Shown here: positions 59,124-64,000 of the stretch, in pieces
Layout of the letters: each line of letters starts with the position of its first letter
Numbering within the stretch: the first letter of the stretch is position 1
Assembly (NCBI GenBank): GCA_934102215.1
Contig: CAKOSH010000001.1
Span: 78,777 to 142,776 of the forward strand
DNA length: 64,000 bases
DNA from: an uncultured Bacilli bacterium
Lineage (GTDB): Bacteria > Bacillota_I > Bacilli_A > RF39 > UBA660
Direction of reading: 5' to 3'
The notes under the pieces: model-generated
What the model saw: only the letters and a program-made list of their open reading frames with translations
The model's database searches: none
What the model was told of the DNA's origin: nothing
Program-made: the position numbers and the translations under genes

Positions 59124-60978
59124 TGTTATATTCCTTTTTTAAATATACTAGTAACATTGTTATATCAGATGGATTAACACCACTTATTCTTGATGCTTGA
59201 CCTATTGTTAGTGGTCTTACTTTATCAAACTTTTGACGTGCTTCAGTCGCAATATTAGGTACTTTACTATAATCAATATCACTAGGTATTTGCTTATATT
59301 CAAGCTTTAACATCTTATTTACTTCACTCTTTGTTTTATCAATATATCCTTTATATTTAATTTCTGTTTCAACCATTAAAGCAACATTTTCATCACATTC
59401 TTTATTCATATATTTCAATAAATCAAATATTGATATCTCTGGTCTTTTAACTAAATCTTTCAAAGAAATTCTTCCATAAATATTAGATGAATTTAATGAA
59501 CTTAAAAACTCATTTACTTCATTCTTTGGAGTCAAATATGTTTCTTCTAAATATTGTTCTAATTCTTTCATATCATTTATAGTTTTTTCATATATAGCAT
59601 ATTTTTCATCATTAATAAGACCTATCATTCTTCCATATGGAGTTAATCTTATCATTGAATTATCATGTCTTAATAATAATCTAAATTCAGCACGAGATGT
59701 TAGTAATCTATATGGTTCAGTTATTCCTTTATTAATTAAATCATCTATTAAAACACCAATGTATGCTTCATTTCTCTTTAATATGAATGGTTCACGTCCT
59801 TGAATTTTTAATGAAGCATTTATACCAGCCATCAATCCTTGAGCAGCAGCTTCTTCATAACCACTTGTTCCATTTATTTGTCCAGCCGTATATAAATTTT
59901 CTAATATCTTATTTTCAAGTGTTAGTTTTAATTGTAATGGATCTATCGCATCATATTCTATAGCATAACCATATTTAGTTATAACAACATCATGAAGACC
60001 ATCCATAGTCTTAAGTAGTTTTTCTTGAATTTCATGTGGCATAGTAGTAGAAAATCCACCTACATAATATTCAATATCATCACTACGTTCTGGCTCTAAA
60101 AATATTTGATGTCTATCTTTATCATGAAATTTAACAACTTTGTCTTCAATAGATGGACAATATCTAGGACCAATTCCTTTTATCATTCCACTATATAAAG
60201 CACATTTATCTAAATTATCCATTATAATTTTATGAGTTTCTTTATTAGTATAAGTTAAATAACATGGTCTTTGATTATTAACATCATAACTTGCTTTATA
60301 AAAATTACTAAATGTAAGTGGTGTTTTATCCCCTTCTTCAATTTGAACTTCATCAAAATTAATACTACTTTTTAATATTCTAGGTGGAGTACCAGTCTTA
60401 AGTCTAATAAGTTTAATACCATTTTTAGCAAGTGAATCACTTAAATACATAGAATTCTTTTCACCATGTGGACCACCTTTATGTTTTTCATGACCACACA
60501 TTATATCAGAATTTAAATATGTTCCAGTAGTAAGTATAACAACTTTACTATGAATTTCTTCACCATCTTCAGTAAGTATTCCATATACTTTACTATCACA
60601 AACTAGTAATTCTTTTACAATAGCTTCTTTTAATTCTAAATTTTCAGTTTCTTTTAATGTCTTTAACATTTCTTTAGGATAATTAACCTTACATCCTTGA
60701 CATCTAAGTGATCTAACCCCTGGACCTTTTTTAACATTTAACATCTTTATTTGAAGGTGTGTTTTATCAGCGCAATAGCCCATTTCACCACCAAGAGCAT
60801 CTATTTCTCTTACAACTATACCTTTAGCACTACCACCTATTGATGGATTACAAGGCATATCTGCTATATTATTAAAATTTATTGTAACAAGAAGTGTCTT
60901 TTCTCCCATACGAGCACATGCTAAACTTGCTTCACATCCGGCATGTCCACCTCCAACAACAATTACATCATATTCCAT
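59116..60978 (-). CDS. mnmG: tRNA uridine 5-carboxymethylaminomethyl modification enzyme MnmG (GidA)
   Basis: MEYDVIVVGGGHAGCEASLACARMG… FAD-binding N-terminus, 620 aa. Confidence 0.95.
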   Translation of the reverse strand: MEYDVIVVGGGHAGCEASLACARMGEKTLLVTINFNNIADMPCNPSIGGSAKGIVVREIDALGGEMGYCADKTHLQIKMLNVKKGPGVRSLRCQGCKVNYPKEMLKTLKETENLELKEAIVKELLVCDSKVYGILTEDGEEIHSKVVILTTGTYLNSDIMCGHEKHKGGPHGEKNSMYLSDSLAKNGIKLIRLKTGTPPRILKSSINFDEVQIEEGDKTPLTFSNFYKASYDVNNQRPCYLTYTNKETHKIIMDNLDKCALYSGMIKGIGPRYCPSIEDKVVKFHDKDRHQIFLEPERSDDIEYYVGGFSTTMPHEIQEKLLKTMDGLHDVVITKYGYAIEYDAIDPLQLKLTLENKILENLYTAGQINGTSGYEEAAAQGLMAGINASLKIQGREPFILKRNEAYIGVLIDDLINKGITEPYRLLTSRAEFRLLLRHDNSMIRLTPYGRMIGLINDEKYAIYEKTINDMKELEQYLEETYLTPKNEVNEFLSSLNSSNIYGRISLKDLVKRPEISIFDLLKYMNKECDENVALMVETEIKYKGYIDKTKSEVNKMLKLEYKQIPSDIDYSKVPNIATEARQKFDKVRPLTIGQASRISGVNPSDITMLLVYLKKEYNND

Positions 60979-60987
60979 TTATATCAT

Positions 60988-62340
60988 CTACTTTCCAAGA
61001 CAAAATTTACTAAAAATTTCATCTAATAAATCATCACTACTTACTTCACCAGTAATTTCACTAAGTGTTTCCCATAGTTTCTTAACATCTATTTCTACCA
61101 TATCAACAAGCTCACCGTTTTTTACAGAGTTCTCTATATCTTTTATAATACTAATACAATTATTCAAAAGAGCTATCTGTCTAGCATTAGAAATATACAT
61201 ATAATTAGATTCAGCAATACTTTCTAAATCAAACATCTCTGCGATTTTATCTTTAAGCTTAGTAATCATATCACTATCAAATGTTGATATATTTATACTT
61301 TCATAATCACTTAATTTATCATTTTTATAATCTTTAACTTTGTCATTTTTATTATATACAACAAGTACTTCCTTATCTTTTATTTTATCTAATACTTCAT
61401 TATCTTCATGAGTAAAACCATCAACACTATCAACAACAAATAATACAAGGTCAGCTTCATCAATCGCATCAACACTTCTCTTAACACCAATAGATTCAAC
61501 AATATCTTTTGTTTCTCTTATACCAGCAGTATCAAGTATATCAATTTTAACACCATCAATAACAAGTTCACCTGTAACAATATCTCTTGTCGTACCTTTA
61601 ATATCAGTAACTATTGCTTTATTTTCATCAAGTAAAGCATTTAAAATACTACTTTTTCCTACATTTGGCTTACCAACTATTACAATTTTAAGACCATTTT
61701 TAATTAATAATCCTTTTTTACTATTTTTAAGTAATCTATTTATTTCATCTTTTACTTCATTTATTGTCTTAATTATTAAATCATTTGTTACAAGAACTGC
61801 ATCTTCATATTCAGGATAATCTATATTAACTTCAATATTAGCAATTAAAGCAAGAACTTTTTCTTTTAATTCATTTACCATTCTAAAAATAGTTTTATCT
61901 ACACCTTTAAGTGCCATCTTTCTTGAACTTTCAGTTTGAGAACTTATTAAGTCACCTACTGCTTCAGCCTGTGTTAAATCAATTCTTCCATTTAAGAATG
62001 CTCTTTTTAGAAATTCACCTGGTTCTGCTAGTCTTGCCCCATTTGATAATACTAATTCCATGACTTTATTAACTGAAGTACTTCCACCATGAACACTTAT
62101 TTCAACTATATCTTCAGTAGTAAATGTTTTAGGAGATTTAAAAACTGATAACAATACCTCATCTACTTTTTCACCATTTTCCATGATAAAACCATAATGC
62201 ACTGTATGACTTAAAGCATTACTTATATCCTTTGAAAATATTCTATTCGCAACATTTATTGAATCCTTTCCACTAATTCTTATAACATTAATAGAACTTT
62301 CCCCAACTGTAGTTGCAACTGCAGCAATTGTATCTTCCAT
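60988..62340 (-). CDS. mnmE: tRNA modification GTPase MnmE (TrmE)
   Basis: G domain GKPNVGKSSILNAL, C-terminal CLGK; 450 aa. Confidence 0.95.
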   Translation of the reverse strand: MEDTIAAVATTVGESSINVIRISGKDSINVANRIFSKDISNALSHTVHYGFIMENGEKVDEVLLSVFKSPKTFTTEDIVEISVHGGSTSVNKVMELVLSNGARLAEPGEFLKRAFLNGRIDLTQAEAVGDLISSQTESSRKMALKGVDKTIFRMVNELKEKVLALIANIEVNIDYPEYEDAVLVTNDLIIKTINEVKDEINRLLKNSKKGLLIKNGLKIVIVGKPNVGKSSILNALLDENKAIVTDIKGTTRDIVTGELVIDGVKIDILDTAGIRETKDIVESIGVKRSVDAIDEADLVLFVVDSVDGFTHEDNEVLDKIKDKEVLVVYNKNDKVKDYKNDKLSDYESINISTFDSDMITKLKDKIAEMFDLESIAESNYMYISNARQIALLNNCISIIKDIENSVKNGELVDMVEIDVKKLWETLSEITGEVSSDDLLDEIFSKFCLGK

Positions 62341-62411
62341 AATATCTCCCTTTTCTTCATGCTAGATTATAACACAAACATCTTGATAAGTCCATGAAAA
62401 AAAGAGTATTT

Positions 62412-63029
62412 CTACTCCTCAATTTCACAATATTTAATTACTACACATCTATTAGGATCTACTCCTTCACTTTCAGTAGTAATATTTTTAAAGTTTTGAA
62501 GTGCTTCATGAACTATTTTTCTTTCATAAGAATTCATAGGATCAAGTTTAACATCAACTTTTGTTTTTAATACATCTTTAGCAATATTTTTAACTTTCTT
62601 TTCTAAGAAATAATTTTGTTTTTCTTTATAACCTTCAACATCAACAGATACATTAACATATATATCAACTGCAGTAAAAATTGCTTGTCTTACATATGTT
62701 TGAATAGATTCCAATATATGACCATTCTTACCTATTAATAATGAATTATTTTTAGAATGTAATTGATATTTAATTTTACCATCTCTTATCATTGTTTCAA
62801 TATTAGCATTTATATCAAGTGATGATAATAATTCTTTTAATACATCTTTTCCAACTTCAGCAATATCACTGAACTTAACAACTTCTAATGTATATTTTTT
62901 ACCACTAAATAATCCACCTTTTTCTTCATATGTTTTAGTTATTACATCTTCTTCTTTAACATTTAATTCTTTTAATGCTTTTTCTAATAATCCATCTTCA
63001 CTTTTAGCTTGAAACTTATATTTTTCCAT
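62412..63029 (-). CDS. jag: RNA-binding protein Jag/KhpB (KH + R3H domains)
   Basis: Jag_N, KH-like and R3H (…SYERKIVHEAL…) domains; conserved yidC–jag pairing. Confidence 0.8.
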   Translation of the reverse strand: MEKYKFQAKSEDGLLEKALKELNVKEEDVITKTYEEKGGLFSGKKYTLEVVKFSDIAEVGKDVLKELLSSLDINANIETMIRDGKIKYQLHSKNNSLLIGKNGHILESIQTYVRQAIFTAVDIYVNVSVDVEGYKEKQNYFLEKKVKNIAKDVLKTKVDVKLDPMNSYERKIVHEALQNFKNITTESEGVDPNRCVVIKYCEIEE

Positions 63030-63032
63030 ATT

Positions 63033-63950
63033 CTATTTACCTCTCTTTAATATTAAATTTTGTACAATTGTAAATGCATTTGATACTATCCAGTAAAGCG
63101 CAATTGATGTTGGTAAACTAAATGATATTATTGAAATAAATACAACCATAAATGTACTCATCATTTTCATTTGTTTTGCTTGCATTTCATCAGTTGTAGT
63201 AGTATTCATATTTTTAAATGATAAATATGTAGTACCAATAATTAGTACAATTAATATTATATACCAATAATTATGAGCAAGTAATCCTTCTGCTGGTGTA
63301 GTTCCTAAATTATATACTAAGAATTTCTTTTCAAAGAATACTGGAACTCTATAAATTGCTTCGAGAAGTGCAAAGAATATAGGTAATTGAATAAATGCAA
63401 ATAAACAACTAGACATAGGATTAATACCATACTTTTTATAAATCATTAACATTTCTTGACTCTTAGCCATCATTGCATCTCTATCTGCTTCTTTTCCTGT
63501 ATATTTCTTTTCTAGTGCATTTAATTCTTTTTGAGCCTTTTGCATTGAACTATTCATATTATTAGATTTTTTAGTTATAGGCATCATAAGTGCTCTTACA
63601 ACAACACCAATAATCATAATAGAAAGTCCATAATTCTTAACAAGTAATCCAAGCTTAACAATTATCCAAGCAAGTGGCTTTACAAAAAAAGATGTCCAAA
63701 GGCCTTCATAACCACCAGATGTAATCTTTAAATCTTTACAAGCAGGTAATTTATCATAATCACTTACTAATTTATCCTTATTTTCAACATATATTTTTAC
63801 ACTATCATCCTCTTCAGGCTTACAAATTATATTTGATACATATGATTTAGTAGTTTTTTTATCACCATCAGTTCCTTCTACAGTAAATCTTTTAGTACAT
63901 CCACATAAAGTTAATAATAGTAATAACACAATCGCTATTTTTTTCTTCAT
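63033..63950 (-). CDS. yidC: membrane protein insertase YidC/SpoIIIJ (lipoprotein type)
   Basis: Lipobox LLTLCGC, 60-kDa inner-membrane-protein domain with 5 TM helices; 305 aa. Confidence 0.85.
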   Translation of the reverse strand: MKKKIAIVLLLLLTLCGCTKRFTVEGTDGDKKTTKSYVSNIICKPEEDDSVKIYVENKDKLVSDYDKLPACKDLKITSGGYEGLWTSFFVKPLAWIIVKLGLLVKNYGLSIMIIGVVVRALMMPITKKSNNMNSSMQKAQKELNALEKKYTGKEADRDAMMAKSQEMLMIYKKYGINPMSSCLFAFIQLPIFFALLEAIYRVPVFFEKKFLVYNLGTTPAEGLLAHNYWYIILIVLIIGTTYLSFKNMNTTTTDEMQAKQMKMMSTFMVVFISIISFSLPTSIALYWIVSNAFTIVQNLILKRGK

Positions 63951-63953
63951 TAT

Positions 63954-64000
63954 TTTTCTCCCTTCAAAACTTTAATAAGTTCACTATTTATTTTATCATA
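63954..64000 (-). CDS. rnpA: probable C-terminal end of RNase P protein component (partial, window edge)
   Basis: Reading frame …YDKINSELIKVLKGEK* ends 1 nt before the yidC ATG; identification rests on conserved rnpA–yidC synteny only. Confidence 0.3.

Noticed and set aside
1-64000. Searched for CRISPR repeats, IS elements or transposases, and rRNA genes
   Set aside because: No direct-repeat/spacer arrays, no terminal inverted repeats flanking a transposase-like ORF, no DDE or tyrosine recombinase motifs, and no rRNA-like GC-rich stretches were found.

Overview
This 64-kb window comes from a very AT-rich, low-GC, endospore-forming Firmicute that reads cleanly in the standard bacterial code. 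The spoIID–spoIIQ-like adjacency, spoIIR beside prfA-prmC and the RNA polymerase delta subunit point to Clostridia or Erysipelotrichia. The right end is the origin-proximal block rnpA (partial)-yidC-jag-mnmE-mnmG-rsmG-parB/noc. Almost all genes run on the minus strand, which fits a replichore running leftwards from an oriC beyond position 64000.

Core content:
- Ribosomal protein genes rpsF-ssb-rpsR, rpsI-rplM and rpmE.
- Translation and cell-envelope genes argS, typA, prfA-prmC, murA, rpoE (delta), a class A PBP, dusB and rpiB.
- htrA, a Ca/cation P-type ATPase and a HisKA/OmpR two-component pair.
- An [FeFe]-hydrogenase with an N-terminal rubredoxin-like domain.
- A large MMPL/YhgE-Pip membrane protein with a divergent TetR regulator and a KsgA/Erm-type rRNA methyltransferase paralog.

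Accessory content and leads:
- A hypothetical-rich island at about 7.6–13.9 kb holds a Qnr-like pentapeptide-repeat protein, a DUF1653 protein and a 717-aa protein with a C-terminal HNH nuclease and an uncharacterised ~580-aa N-terminal region.
- In the same island a tRNA-Gly(GCC) gene has its 3' end repeated 1.58 kb away (16/17 bp). The repeats bracket a decayed integrated element with no integrase.
- A single AbiD/AbiF (Abi_2) abortive-infection gene sits among housekeeping genes.
- A cluster of three paralogous XRE regulators adjoins a Fic-domain protein with a degenerate active-site motif.
- A DUF1292–coiled-coil membrane protein–DUF1292 cassette lies next to typA.
- A 480-nt GC-enriched structured non-coding region lies upstream of a membrane-protein gene.
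- A Clp-like ATPase has only the D1 AAA+ domain.

No CRISPR array, IS element, rRNA gene or intact integrase was found.
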